IMG/VR virus record: IMGVR_UViG_3300006931_000029
Coordinates: 62,001 to 126,000 of that record
Strand: one strand, 5' to 3'
Length of the DNA: 64,000 nt
This document shows positions 26,020 through 35,209 of the stretch, one piece after another. A program made the position numbers and the translations under genes. The notes beneath the pieces were generated by a model. The model did no database searches. It saw only the letters and a list, made by a program, of their open reading frames with translations, and was not told the DNA's origin. Within the stretch, counting starts at the first letter, position 1. Each line of letters opens with the position of its first letter.

Positions 26020-26674
26020 CGGCGTCGAAAAAGTAGAGGTGGAAGAGCCGACTGTTGCGGATGTCTTCTCCGAAGTAACCGGAAGCGGCGTGGATCATCT
26101 TGGCGTCCCAGATGACGAGTCGGTTGTAGACATTGCCGACCGTATCGACCAAATCCCAGGCGGTAGGATCGACAAGCTTGTCGACGTACGTCAACCGTTC
26201 AAGGTCTTGAACCGTGGAATTCGCAGCCCAAGCGTCGGCTTGGGTCGGCGGCTTCCGTAGCTTCGTTTCCTTCGAGCGATAAAACGACGTGCCGCAGTTC
26301 AGCGGAGCGTCTGGCGTGAGGTAAACCACTGCGGCAAACGACTGGTGGTCGGAATGAAAAACAACCTCGGTTCCGCCTTTGCACCATTGAAACACACCGT
26401 TGTACTTGTGGTCCAACCAGTGAGTGATATTGGCACCGAGTAGCTGTTCGAACCGCTCTTTCAGATACGGGAACAGGTACTTCTGAGCCGTGCGTTCACC
26501 GCGAAAATACTTGTTGTCCGGCTCGTACTGCTGAGCTAACGCGAACGCTCGGACTGCGTCCGGGTTCGTGTAGAAATCGTCGACCACCAGGATGTTCGGA
26601 AGCTTCGTCTCGAACTTTGCGACCTGCTCAGGAACCGTTGCGATGCCGAACTGTGTCAAAAAGTCGTCTTGCAT
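26009..26674 (-). CDS. 2OG-Fe(II) oxygenase-like protein (DUF6445-like)
   Basis: VVDDFYTNPD, HSD, AAVVYLTP..GTSFY, NVYNRLVIW..IHAA and SRLFHLYFF motifs. Confidence 0.75.
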   Translation of the reverse strand: MQDDFLTQFGIATVPEQVAKFETKLPNILVVDDFYTNPDAVRAFALAQQYEPDNKYFRGERTAQKYLFPYLKERFEQLLGANITHWLDHKYNGVFQWCKGGTEVVFHSDHQSFAAVVYLTPDAPLNCGTSFYRSKETKLRKPPTQADAWAANSTVQDLERLTYVDKLVDPTAWDLVDTVGNVYNRLVIWDAKMIHAASGYFGEDIRNSRLFHLYFFDAVKA

Positions 26675-26695
26675 GAGTGCAAGAACGCTTCCGAA

Positions 26696-27091
26696 TCACT
26701 TGAAGGTCGCAAACGACAGACTGTTCTTGCCGGACTTTGATTTGAGCTGCGCCAGGCCTTCCTTGGTATGCGGGAAAAGTCCTGAGATTGTCCACCCATC
26801 CCCGATGGGACGGCGCGACTGGTCATGGATGAAATCAATCCGGTCGCCGACCTTGTAACCTTCACCACCGCCTGAAGTGTGGACAACGCGCATCTGACCG
26901 GACTGCATCTCTCCGGGATAGTCAGCCGCCTGTACGAGAATGTTGGTTCCTTCTCCTTCTGGCCATCCGTCCCACAGAACGCCGAAAAGAGCATTAGCGC
27001 CAGTCGCAAGATTAACTTGGCCGATAGGAAGGATTGGAGAGCCACGCTCGTTGCGATAGCCCTCGCCGAGAATCTTGCGAACGATACTCAT
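26696..27091 (-). CDS. hypothetical protein with IVRKILGE leader
   Basis: 131 aa, coupled to the upstream gene. Confidence 0.6.
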   Translation of the reverse strand: MSIVRKILGEGYRNERGSPILPIGQVNLATGANALFGVLWDGWPEGEGTNILVQAADYPGEMQSGQMRVVHTSGGGEGYKVGDRIDFIHDQSRRPIGDGWTISGLFPHTKEGLAQLKSKSGKNSLSFATFK

Positions 27092-27345
27092 GCTGTTCCA
27101 GGAGGTGGAGACAACGGAATTTCGGCTGGCGGATGCCGAATGTCGTTTTCAATGCGTTCAAGCATCGTCGAAAGTTTGTTGGACATCTCGTTGATTTGAC
27201 GCGCTCGAGTTACGTCGAACGGTCCGGTTGGTCCTCCTACGAAGCCACCAAGGCGTTCGACGATCTGCTCTAAACGTCGAACTGCTTCGACGAGCGGATT
27301 TTCCTCGTCTTCTTTGAGACCTTTAAGTTTCTGGACGATGCTCAT
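27088..27345 (-). CDS. hypothetical protein with IVQKLKGLKE leader
   Basis: 85 aa with TATTTAG 6 nt upstream. Confidence 0.55.
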   Translation of the reverse strand: MSIVQKLKGLKEDEENPLVEAVRRLEQIVERLGGFVGGPTGPFDVTRARQINEMSNKLSTMLERIENDIRHPPAEIPLSPPPGTA

Positions 27346-27366
27346 GGATGACTAAATACACAGAGC

Positions 27367-27448
27367 ACCGGCGCGTGGGATTTCCGGGAGTGGCTCGCAA
27401 GCCACCATGTCCAGTTTCAGCTCCAGATTGTGTCACGCACGCGCCGGT
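27367..27448 (-). other. structured intergenic element closed by a perfect 11-bp stem
   Basis: ACCGGCGCGTG/CACGCGCCGGT encloses hairpin GTGGCT/AGCCAC and a further G-U-containing pairing that is better on the minus strand. Confidence 0.5.
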
Positions 27449-27453
27449 ACAAA

Positions 27454-27753
27454 TCAAAGATGAGCTTTCAGAAAACGCGTGAGTTGCGTGTCGACGACAC
27501 TTCGCGTCATGTTCAAGATCGGAGCGACGAACGGCGATTTTCCGTTACGGTAGTCCATTCGGCTGGTTTTATTTGCCTTCGTTAGGCCAGCGCGCTGTAG
27601 CCGGTACGTAACTTGACATGGTGAGAGTCCCGTCTTATCCACGATGAAGGCGGTTGAGAACCCCATCGATGCAAGCAGGACGCACTCGTGGTCGTCCTGG
27701 CGATTGAAAAAGTCGACCGCCCGGGGACGACGTTTGAGCATTGAAGCGACCAT
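27454..27753 (-). CDS. small HTH DNA-binding protein
   Basis: GFSTAFIVDKTGLSPCQVTYRL helix-turn-helix pattern. Confidence 0.6.
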   Translation of the reverse strand: MVASMLKRRPRAVDFFNRQDDHECVLLASMGFSTAFIVDKTGLSPCQVTYRLQRAGLTKANKTSRMDYRNGKSPFVAPILNMTRSVVDTQLTRFLKAHL

Positions 27754-27756
27754 AGA

Positions 27757-28137
27757 TTAAATCCTGGAAACAGCCTTCTTGGCCGGTTTGGCGTAGAGCA
27801 CGTAATTCACGGTGCTGAGCTTAAGACGCATTTCCTTCGCAATCTGCTTAGGAAAAAGCTTGTTCTTTCGGAGCTCGAAAATCTTCGCTTTTATTTCCGG
27901 ATTGAGATTGGTCCGCGTGCGTTTGATTGGAGCCGCAATCGTCAACCGGCTGGTTCTAGCGACTGGAGCTACGCCTGCTGTGACTGTTTTGCCGATGTTC
28001 GATGCAAACAGCAGCGCCAAACCGACGGCTTTGATATTGCAGCCACACCCAGGGCAGAAATTAACTCCTGAGTGGTCTGGTGCGGTCTGGTGGTGGTTGT
28101 GACCGTTCACGCCGTTGGTGGTTCCGTTGTGACTCAT
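27757..28137 (-). CDS. HTH protein with CPGC motif
   Basis: KIFELRKNKLFPKQIAKEMRLKLSTVNYVL pattern. Confidence 0.65.
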   Translation of the reverse strand: MSHNGTTNGVNGHNHHQTAPDHSGVNFCPGCGCNIKAVGLALLFASNIGKTVTAGVAPVARTSRLTIAAPIKRTRTNLNPEIKAKIFELRKNKLFPKQIAKEMRLKLSTVNYVLYAKPAKKAVSRI

Positions 28138-28143
28138 GCCACC

Positions 28144-28172
28144 AGAAGATCACGTCCAGACTAATATGTAAA
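28144..28172 (-). promoter_or_regulatory. possible promoter (TTTACA -35; weak -10) for the HTH pair
   Basis: TGTTTACA-N17-TCTTCT-N6-ATG, within the inverted repeat GTAAACA/TGTTTAC. Confidence 0.35.
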
Positions 28173-28214
28173 CAAAAATTGTTTACTTCTTCAAGCTAAA
28201 CAACTGGCTTAAAC

Positions 28215-28248
28215 AAAAAAAAAAAGGCCGCCCTTTCGGGCGGCCTTT
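28215..28248 (-). terminator. intrinsic terminator after the major capsid gene
   Basis: GGCCGCCC-GAAA-GGGCGGCC followed by 11 T on the minus strand. Confidence 0.9.
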
Positions 28249-28272
28249 GAAATCTGTCTGATGACGTCAGCC

Positions 28273-29742
28273 TTAGCTGTTCGTTGGGCCGAAGTTCGTC
28301 GGTCCGTTGAGCACCTTGCCGCGCACGTACATCTTCGAGTTGACAACCTTCTTGGCGAAGGAAGTCGCGAAGCCACGCTGGTGCAGGAAGTCCGGGAGGA
28401 CGATGTCCGGCGTGGTGTAGAGCTTCTGGTACTCGGCCAGCACGTAGCCGGTGACGAGGAACTGGTCGCCCTTGTGGCCGATCAGGAACTCGTTGTTCGG
28501 GTAGTGCGGGTCAGCGAAGACCTTCTTGCCGGCCAAGTCACCGATGTAGGTGATGCCCTGCATCTGCGTCGAGTTGCCCTTGCGGACGAACTGTGGCAGC
28601 GTCTCGATGACGGTCGCGAGTTGCAGACCGGCGAGAATCCAGTTACCGGCCGCCATGTTGGTGGCGCCGAAGATCAGGTTCGAACCGGTTGAGATCGCGT
28701 CGATGACCGAGAACTTGTGGGTCTGGTAGCTGACGCCGGTTGGCGCTTGAGCATCCCAGGTGACCACGCCAGCGTCCGCACGAGCGCGGAGATCGAAGAT
28801 CACCTGACGGTGCTTCTGGTACTGGAGGGCGTTCGTGAGCGCGTTCAGCAGGATCGGCTCGGCCTTGATGTTGTACATCGCCTGCAAGTTCTGGTCGGCT
28901 TCCTCGGACCAGACCGCCTTGAGCTTCAGCACCTTCGCCGTCACCGGGGTGGACGAGAGTTTCATCTCGTAACCCATGATGTTGGAGTTACCTTCGGAGT
29001 CGAAGGTGTAGGTGGCCGTCAGCGTTTGTCCGTTTTGGTTGGACGCCGTCGTGACCGTGATCGCGCCGGTCTGGTAGTTGATCGTGCCGCCAGTGATGTT
29101 GGTACCAGCAACGATGTTGCCGTTACCGTCATCCGACGTGGACTCTTGACCGGACGTCACCGTCACGGTGCCAGCGCGAACTGGGCTCCAAGCGAGCGTG
29201 CCAGAAACCGTGCCGCTGCCGATGGTGCCGACTGACTCACCTTCAACGAGCTCGTCAGAGTCCATGAAGCGGTCGGAGGCGCCCTGGAGGGAACGCCACA
29301 TCGGGGAACCGGCAGGAACCGCACCCTTGGCGCGGTCGGTCACGATGTCGACATAAACGATCTGCGAGACCGGACCAGCCATCGGCTGGAGGGCGACAAG
29401 CTGATCGATGACGTCGTTCTCGGACATGTTCGCGAGGACCGGGAAAATCCACTTGTCGAACGTTCCCAGGGCTTGCGTGCGGGTCGACTCGGACATCTGA
29501 CCGAACTTCGACCGGCAGTTTTCCAACATAATCGCGGCGTAGGCGCGCTTATGTTCCGGCATGTGTTCCACGAACTCTTTCCAGCCTTTGGCTTTCCAGA
29601 GTTCGGAATAGGACGCGCCTTCGGCGATTCCTGTTGGGGTTGAAGCGAGGTGGTAGCCCCACTCGAGAACTTCGGAAAACCGTGTGAGACTGCCGCCGTT
29701 TGTCGCCAGCATCGGCCTTCCATCTTGGGTTTTGATGACCAT
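28273..29742 (-). CDS. major capsid protein (T4 gp23-like) with a Gly/Thr-rich beta insertion
   Basis: AIMLEN, VALQPMAGPVSQIVY, VTAKVLKLKAVWSEEADQNL and GYVLAEY motifs; strong codon bias; terminator downstream. Confidence 0.9.
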   Translation of the reverse strand: MVIKTQDGRPMLATNGGSLTRFSEVLEWGYHLASTPTGIAEGASYSELWKAKGWKEFVEHMPEHKRAYAAIMLENCRSKFGQMSESTRTQALGTFDKWIFPVLANMSENDVIDQLVALQPMAGPVSQIVYVDIVTDRAKGAVPAGSPMWRSLQGASDRFMDSDELVEGESVGTIGSGTVSGTLAWSPVRAGTVTVTSGQESTSDDGNGNIVAGTNITGGTINYQTGAITVTTASNQNGQTLTATYTFDSEGNSNIMGYEMKLSSTPVTAKVLKLKAVWSEEADQNLQAMYNIKAEPILLNALTNALQYQKHRQVIFDLRARADAGVVTWDAQAPTGVSYQTHKFSVIDAISTGSNLIFGATNMAAGNWILAGLQLATVIETLPQFVRKGNSTQMQGITYIGDLAGKKVFADPHYPNNEFLIGHKGDQFLVTGYVLAEYQKLYTTPDIVLPDFLHQRGFATSFAKKVVNSKMYVRGKVLNGPTNFGPTNS

Positions 29743-29783
29743 GGTAGGAGGTATTTGACTATTTGTGGTGGTTGATGCTCAGC

Positions 29784-31427
29784 TCAGTTGCGGGAAGCAA
29801 CCTGGCCTTGCGACAGGCGACGAGCCATACCCATGCTTTCTTGCACTGAGTGAGTCACGTCGGTCCTGAGAATCTCGACGCCTTCCGACATAGGACGGGC
29901 AGGCATCTTTGGGTCAACGGCAGCAGGCGCCGGTTTCACGTCGTCAGCAGGCTTTTTGGCCTCTTCAACGACGGGTTTCTTCGGCTCATCAGCGGCCGGT
30001 TTCTTCGCCTCGTCAACCACGGCAGCGGATTTGGCGTCAGCGGCGGCCTTGGCGTCAGCGGCAGGCTTTTTGGCCTCGTCGACGACGGGTTTGCCGTCGG
30101 CACCGACTCCGACTGCGGGCTTTTTCGCCTCGATCGACTCGCGAACAGCGAGGACAGCTTTCGGCGTCTTGGCGTCGACGAGAGCTTTCTTTTGGTCTTC
30201 CGTCATCGACGGGAATTCCAATTCGAGGACGCGAGCACCGAGCTCAGCGACATCCGCTTTGTAGCGGTTGGCCATGATGTCGAGAGCTTCCGTGCAGAAG
30301 CCGTACTTCTGCTCGAACACCTTCGAACCATCGCGTTCGCGACGGGCGGTTTCCATCCAGGCGCGACCGCGCTTGGCGACTGCTTCCGCGATTTCGTTGG
30401 ACTTAACCAACTTGCCGCGGCATTCGGAAAGAACCTTGCGGCTTTCCGAGACGACAGACGTCAGCTTCTTCACAACCGTGAGGAGCTTTGTCTGGTTTTC
30501 ACCGAGCTGCTTGACTTCTTTCCTCGGCGCGTCGAACGCTGCGGTCCAGCCTTCCTCGAGAGTCGTGAGTTCCTTGTGCAGCTGGCCAACTTCCCAAGAC
30601 GCGGAGGCGTTCTCGGAGAGATGCTTGGCAGCAGCGTTGTGGAGCTCAGTCATCCGTTGGAGACCTTCCGCAAACGTGCGGGCGTCGATGGTGGCCGTGT
30701 TAACGGCCTTCAAGGAGCTGATGCTTTCCCTGATTTGTTTGATGTCCATGACGACGTAGTTTTTGGTTTCTGCGATTGGCTTGACGCTCGAAGGCGCTGG
30801 GGCCGAAAGTGGGGTGGCTGTGGCAGCAGCGACCGGAGCGGGTTTGCTCTCAACAGTCTTTTCAGCACGCTGTGGTTTCAGCGCAGCCTGAACAAACGAA
30901 GGGGTAGAGACCACGTCCCAACCTTCGCAAACAAAATCCTCTTGGACGTCATCGACGCCATCCGAGGCAGTAACCAAAGAGCCGTAACCACGGCTCGAAA
31001 CTAGTGGGTCGTATCCTGCCTCAATCAGAGAGCTAAGCTTGTGACCCTCAGGCGTGTCGAGAACCTCGATACACCCTTTGACGTAAACGATCGGGCTATT
31101 CTTCTCGTCCTTGCCCTCGACCAACTGGGCATCAACCGTAATGTGACTGATCGGGCTGCGCAGGTCGACCTTACCATCAGCGGGGTGTTCCAGAAGTCCG
31201 AACGACGCCCGACGCGTCATCAATTGCTTGAGGACGGAACCTTCCGAGAGGTTCTTTTCCCAAACTTTCTTGGAATATCGGCGGCGATTGCCATTGATAC
31301 AGTCGCAAACCGACAGAGTTCCTGGAATACGCTTTGAGGTAAGTCCAGTCTCGGGGTTTTTCGACTCCACGATCGCTGCGCGATCAGGTTTGAAGTCGAA
31401 CGTGTCTTCGAGGAGAATGCGCGGCAC
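29784..31427 (-). CDS. prohead protease (gp21-like) fused to a coiled-coil scaffold
   Basis: INGNRRRYS, GLLEHP, ISH, EVLDTPEG, VSSRGYGS and WDVVSTPS motifs, followed by a long helical region and VxEAKKPAAD repeats. Confidence 0.88.
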   Translation of the reverse strand: MPRILLEDTFDFKPDRAAIVESKNPETGLTSKRIPGTLSVCDCINGNRRRYSKKVWEKNLSEGSVLKQLMTRRASFGLLEHPADGKVDLRSPISHITVDAQLVEGKDEKNSPIVYVKGCIEVLDTPEGHKLSSLIEAGYDPLVSSRGYGSLVTASDGVDDVQEDFVCEGWDVVSTPSFVQAALKPQRAEKTVESKPAPVAAATATPLSAPAPSSVKPIAETKNYVVMDIKQIRESISSLKAVNTATIDARTFAEGLQRMTELHNAAAKHLSENASASWEVGQLHKELTTLEEGWTAAFDAPRKEVKQLGENQTKLLTVVKKLTSVVSESRKVLSECRGKLVKSNEIAEAVAKRGRAWMETARRERDGSKVFEQKYGFCTEALDIMANRYKADVAELGARVLELEFPSMTEDQKKALVDAKTPKAVLAVRESIEAKKPAVGVGADGKPVVDEAKKPAADAKAAADAKSAAVVDEAKKPAADEPKKPVVEEAKKPADDVKPAPAAVDPKMPARPMSEGVEILRTDVTHSVQESMGMARRLSQGQVASRN

Positions 31428-31502
31428 CCTCTAAGCATGAAAACATATACTCTCCCACGCTCAGGTCAGACTCTACGCTTCACTGGTTATTGAACGGCAA
31501 AG

Positions 31503-31784
31503 TCAGAGCTCTGGGGTAGTCGCGTGCTGCCGAACCTTAGGTTTGACAGGCTTCGCAATGGTAACATCTGCCGACCCAAAGTTCCACACATGATCTAACA
31601 TCTTCCCTACTTCGTACATATTCGCACCGCGTTCGTCGAACCATTTGTTGGTGTCTTCCGACGTAAGCTCTTCAACTTGACCGTCGTCGAGTGCGAGGAT
31701 GAAATAGTCCGAAAAAGGTTCGCGTGTAATTTTTACGTGAAGAGGAGGAAGAGGCTCCTGAGGAACTGTTGGTTTCTCACTCAT
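31503..31784 (-). CDS. hypothetical protein
   Basis: 93-aa ORF upstream of the protease gene. Confidence 0.55.
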   Translation of the reverse strand: MSEKPTVPQEPLPPLHVKITREPFSDYFILALDDGQVEELTSEDTNKWFDERGANMYEVGKMLDHVWNFGSADVTIAKPVKPKVRQHATTPEL

Positions 31785-32482
31785 TTCCCGAAGTGAAACC
31801 TCTTCAGCAGACTGGACGAACTGTTACTTTGCACGTGCTCAGGCATCGGTTTTCCCTGAGCCATTAGCGCGTCTCCGCTCACGGCACCAAGTGGCGTCGA
31901 GTCCTCCTGGATAACCGATGCGACCAGATTTTTAGCTTGGCTCTCAAGGCTTTGGTTCGAACCTCCAGTTCCAGGGCGGGCAAGCTTGAGCGCGTCGAGC
32001 GCAGAAGCGGGGCCGTTGGTTGAGGCCGGTTGAGAAGCAGCAGGGGCTTCCGGAGCGGGAGAAGAAACGGGCGGTTTTTCACTTTTCGGGAGAGCTGACG
32101 GTGACAGCATCCGATCCCAGTTCGGTGTGCAGTCCGGAGCGACCAGAGCGAGAGACGCAGATAGCAGGTTTGGATTCGTCTCCAAACCTCCCTCTTTCTC
32201 TCCTGAGACACCGGTTAAGCCGGTCTCGGCGGCGCCGATTTCCGTAGGAACTGGCGCTGATCCAGTCGACGCCACTTCTTCTGCGTCGTCTGGAATGATG
32301 CTGTCATCATCGCCTTCTTTGAGCTTCTTCTTGTCCCTGGGGTCTTTGGGACGCAACTGAGGTTTCGGTTTCACGTTGAGTGCAGGACCCGCGCCATCAG
32401 ACGTAGGGACGGCACCGGCACCGGTGAATTCCTGGACTGGCTTCCGGTTCTTTCCCAAAAGACTGCTGGTAAGTGAACTCAT
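31781..32482 (-). CDS. low-complexity Pro/Ser/Ala-rich protein (possible core/scaffold component)
   Basis: Start MSSLTSS (32482) preferred; the protein is largely predicted disordered. Confidence 0.5.
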   Translation of the reverse strand: MSSLTSSLLGKNRKPVQEFTGAGAVPTSDGAGPALNVKPKPQLRPKDPRDKKKLKEGDDDSIIPDDAEEVASTGSAPVPTEIGAAETGLTGVSGEKEGGLETNPNLLSASLALVAPDCTPNWDRMLSPSALPKSEKPPVSSPAPEAPAASQPASTNGPASALDALKLARPGTGGSNQSLESQAKNLVASVIQEDSTPLGAVSGDALMAQGKPMPEHVQSNSSSSLLKRFHFGK

Positions 32483-32495
32483 GTTCTTGTGTCTG

Positions 32496-33524
32496 ATGAA
32501 TAGCGCAATTGGCATCCTAACATATCGTCGATTCGAGTCGTTGAAGCTGTTCCTGAATCAGGTGACAGAATGGTGCAAGGGCGTACCGATTGCCGTGTTT
32601 GAGGATTGCGGCCAGATGGACGAGACTGAAGAATACCTCGTGCGAGGTGCCACGTTTGTCCGTCGAGACTTCACGCTAGAAGCCGATGTCTACACAAAGG
32701 AAATCAACGGTTGCAAGGTCGAAATTTTTCTATCCCACGAGAACGCTGGCGTGACTGGCAATTCAAACAAGGCGATCAAATGGTTCATGGACACGAAGTG
32801 CGACCATCTGTGCCTTTGCAATGACGATCTTGAAGTGAGTGGGCCGTTCCACAGAACGTATGCGGCGGCTCACGAGAAGCTTGGGATTGGTTTGCTGTGC
32901 CACTGCGACTTCGAAGGAGAGGCATACAAGTGGGTGGTTGTGAAAGCGCGTGGAATTCAAGTCAAACTGCTGACGAGAATGACTGGCATCATGATGTCGT
33001 TCACTCGAGCCGTTGTCGACCGGATCGGCTACTACGATGCCTACAACTTCACGTTCGGCCAGGAGCACTGCGACTATACTAACCGGGCGCGACTCACTGG
33101 ATTTATCAATCTGAACGGCGTAGCTCAGCACTGTCTAGACGTCGTGTGTCCGGAACTCAAGCACCAAGAGGTCGAATCCAGCTTGACCGATTCCGAGAAG
33201 TTGAAGTATAACGCGGACGCCGACGTAATGATCCAAGTTGTCGGCTCGCGTCGACCGACATCTGACACGTTCGTGGGGTACAGCACGGGGCGCTGCAGCC
33301 GAGTTGCTGGGGCCAGAGACGGCGTTGGCATTCCGGCTCACCTTCTCACCGGATATTCTCGCGTCAAAGAGAACCGTCTCGATGGTTCAAATCCCATCAT
33401 CTTCAGCGATGTTCCAGAGTCATTCGCCAACGGTATGCGTGAGATCGCAGCCGGAGACACTGTCGACCTCGGCGTCGACGTCGGTCCAACAATGGACCAA
33501 GACAACGTTAAGTTTTCAGGCTAA
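32496..33524 (+). CDS. GT2-family glycosyltransferase
   Basis: IGILTYRR, VFEDC, ENAGVTGNSN, LCNDD and FGQEHCDY motifs. Start 32496 has GTTCTT 7 nt upstream. Confidence 0.8.
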   Translation: MNSAIGILTYRRFESLKLFLNQVTEWCKGVPIAVFEDCGQMDETEEYLVRGATFVRRDFTLEADVYTKEINGCKVEIFLSHENAGVTGNSNKAIKWFMDTKCDHLCLCNDDLEVSGPFHRTYAAAHEKLGIGLLCHCDFEGEAYKWVVVKARGIQVKLLTRMTGIMMSFTRAVVDRIGYYDAYNFTFGQEHCDYTNRARLTGFINLNGVAQHCLDVVCPELKHQEVESSLTDSEKLKYNADADVMIQVVGSRRPTSDTFVGYSTGRCSRVAGARDGVGIPAHLLTGYSRVKENRLDGSNPIIFSDVPESFANGMREIAAGDTVDLGVDVGPTMDQDNVKFSG

Positions 33525-34212
33525 TCGCTTCGACACCGTAAACCACGCAGCTAACGTCTTGCGTGATCGGTTTTCCGAAGATGACCTGCAGCCGTTTATC
33601 AAGAATGAACGACGGCGGAATTTGGTAAGGACGCGCGAAGATATACCACTCCTCGTGCTGAGGAGCTGGATAGTAGAAACTGATCGTTGTACCAGCCGTG
33701 ATGAACTGGCTGTAGGGACGTAGATCGACTGGATTTGGGTTCTCTACTGTAGGGGCTAAGTCAAAGATCGCGATGTCGTCGGCGAAGTTTGGCGTGGTTC
33801 CTTTTATTTCGAACGGCGCAATCTTCAGGTACGATAGCTTGACTTTCTTGAATTTCCCTTCAGGTTCGGCCACGGATCGGCCTAGTTCAAAGCCAAACAG
33901 CGCGTTTGGCTTTGTATCTCTTGGGAGACCGATAGTGATTCGAGCCTGAGCTTCCGGCATAATCACCTGCTTGCCCATCTCTTCCCAGAACATGTCGACT
34001 AGAGAATCTTCCAAAGTCTCTTCGTCAACGTTGTTGATGTCGTAGATCGTACTTTGAGAGACGTCTTTGAACTCGCCGAACAGGCTGCGGAACCGGCGGG
34101 CACGCTCCATGTGCTTGAGAGCTTTCACGCCCTCGTAGCCTTTCGACATTTCGAGCAACTTCAACGTTGCGCGCTCAGCGAAGAGGCTCCGGTCTTTCGG
34201 CAGCGTGGTCAC
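33508..34212 (-). CDS. hypothetical protein
   Basis: 234-aa ORF coupled to the oxygenase gene. Confidence 0.55.
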   Translation of the reverse strand: MTTLPKDRSLFAERATLKLLEMSKGYEGVKALKHMERARRFRSLFGEFKDVSQSTIYDINNVDEETLEDSLVDMFWEEMGKQVIMPEAQARITIGLPRDTKPNALFGFELGRSVAEPEGKFKKVKLSYLKIAPFEIKGTTPNFADDIAIFDLAPTVENPNPVDLRPYSQFITAGTTISFYYPAPQHEEWYIFARPYQIPPSFILDKRLQVIFGKPITQDVSCVVYGVEAISLKT

Positions 34213-34892
34213 TTCGGGCGGTTTTGCCAGGATGCCCAGTGAAACGGAGCTTTCTCGTGTTCAGGCCGGTCCGAGGTGTAGTAGTAGAGAGCGAGGCTAA
34301 GCCGCTGTTCGGCTTTCAACGGAAGCGGATGGCCGTGGAACGCGTTGTCGGTGATCGTGAACACGACCATTCGATTGGCAATCGGAGCGATCTTGTGGAC
34401 GCAGGACGACATGTCACGCTTCCATAGCTCAAGATAGCCGTTCCAACTCTCTTCCCACGTCGGGTTGAGATACAGCAGCACGTTCAGTCGCCGGTGCAAG
34501 TTCAACTTCGGATGAACGTTGAAGTCGGCATGAACTTCGAGATGGCCGCCTCGAAGAGTCTTGTGGATACCGCCGCCGAGAAGAGTCGGGTCGATCAGCA
34601 ATTCCTGAATGCCCGTCAAATCCTCCAGGAACTTGACCATTTCCTTGCTGTAAAAGAAAGACACCGCTTCTAGCGTGTGCGGGGGCATCTGATTCGGATC
34701 GGCTATCCAGCGCTTGTGCATCTGGTGCCCATGGTCGTCACGAAGCCACTTCGCGTCTGGAATCGCCGTGATTTCGGTAGCGATCTTACTAATCGTCTCC
34801 GGCTCAAAGACGCCATCCAACACGATGTTGGGATACGGAGCAGCCGCAAGATACTTTTCCCTTAGTTCAAGTCCTTTGTCGATGTAGTTCAT
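34209..34892 (-). CDS. 2OG-Fe(II) oxygenase (prolyl-hydroxylase-like family)
   Basis: GGGIH, HLEVHADFN, RRLNVLLYLN, GYLELW, FHGHP and RLSLALYYY motifs (HxD...H, RxS). Confidence 0.9.
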   Translation of the reverse strand: MNYIDKGLELREKYLAAAPYPNIVLDGVFEPETISKIATEITAIPDAKWLRDDHGHQMHKRWIADPNQMPPHTLEAVSFFYSKEMVKFLEDLTGIQELLIDPTLLGGGIHKTLRGGHLEVHADFNVHPKLNLHRRLNVLLYLNPTWEESWNGYLELWKRDMSSCVHKIAPIANRMVVFTITDNAFHGHPLPLKAEQRLSLALYYYTSDRPEHEKAPFHWASWQNRPK

Positions 34893-35209
34893 GACGGCGG
34901 CGTCCTCACCCCAATTTGGTAACTCACGGCAAGCTTAGCAGCCGCTTCCGGCATCGTGTTGATTTCAGAGCGCGCCATGATAACGTGGTAGCAGCAACGA
35001 TAAACAAGAATGGCGATCCACACAGCAAGGACTAGCAAGACGCCAAGCATCACCATGACGAGATTCTGCCACGTTGGCGTGCCGAAAGCCCACCAGAAAA
35101 ACGTGGTGATAACCGTGGCGATGATCGAACCAGAGGCGAAGAAGTCAATCGGCCGAATGAAGCCGACTTGAAACAACGCTCTGGTCTGCTCGTCCAAGAG
35201 CGGTTTCAT
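34889..35209 (-). CDS. small membrane protein (2 TM)
   Basis: Two hydrophobic segments; holin-like size but no direct evidence of function. Confidence 0.55.
   Translation of the reverse strand: MKPLLDEQTRALFQVGFIRPIDFFASGSIIATVITTFFWWAFGTPTWQNLVMVMLGVLLVLAVWIAILVYRCCYHVIMARSEINTMPEAAAKLAVSYQIGVRTPPS

Noticed and set aside
34209-34892. Oxygenase as a prolyl-4-hydroxylase of the collagen fibre
   Set aside because: The collagen tracts have almost no Pro at the Y position, so the canonical substrate is lacking. The substrate remains unknown.
34889-35209. Holin assignment for the 2-TM protein (and for 59278..59421)
   Set aside because: Only hydrophobicity supports it, and no endolysin lies nearby.
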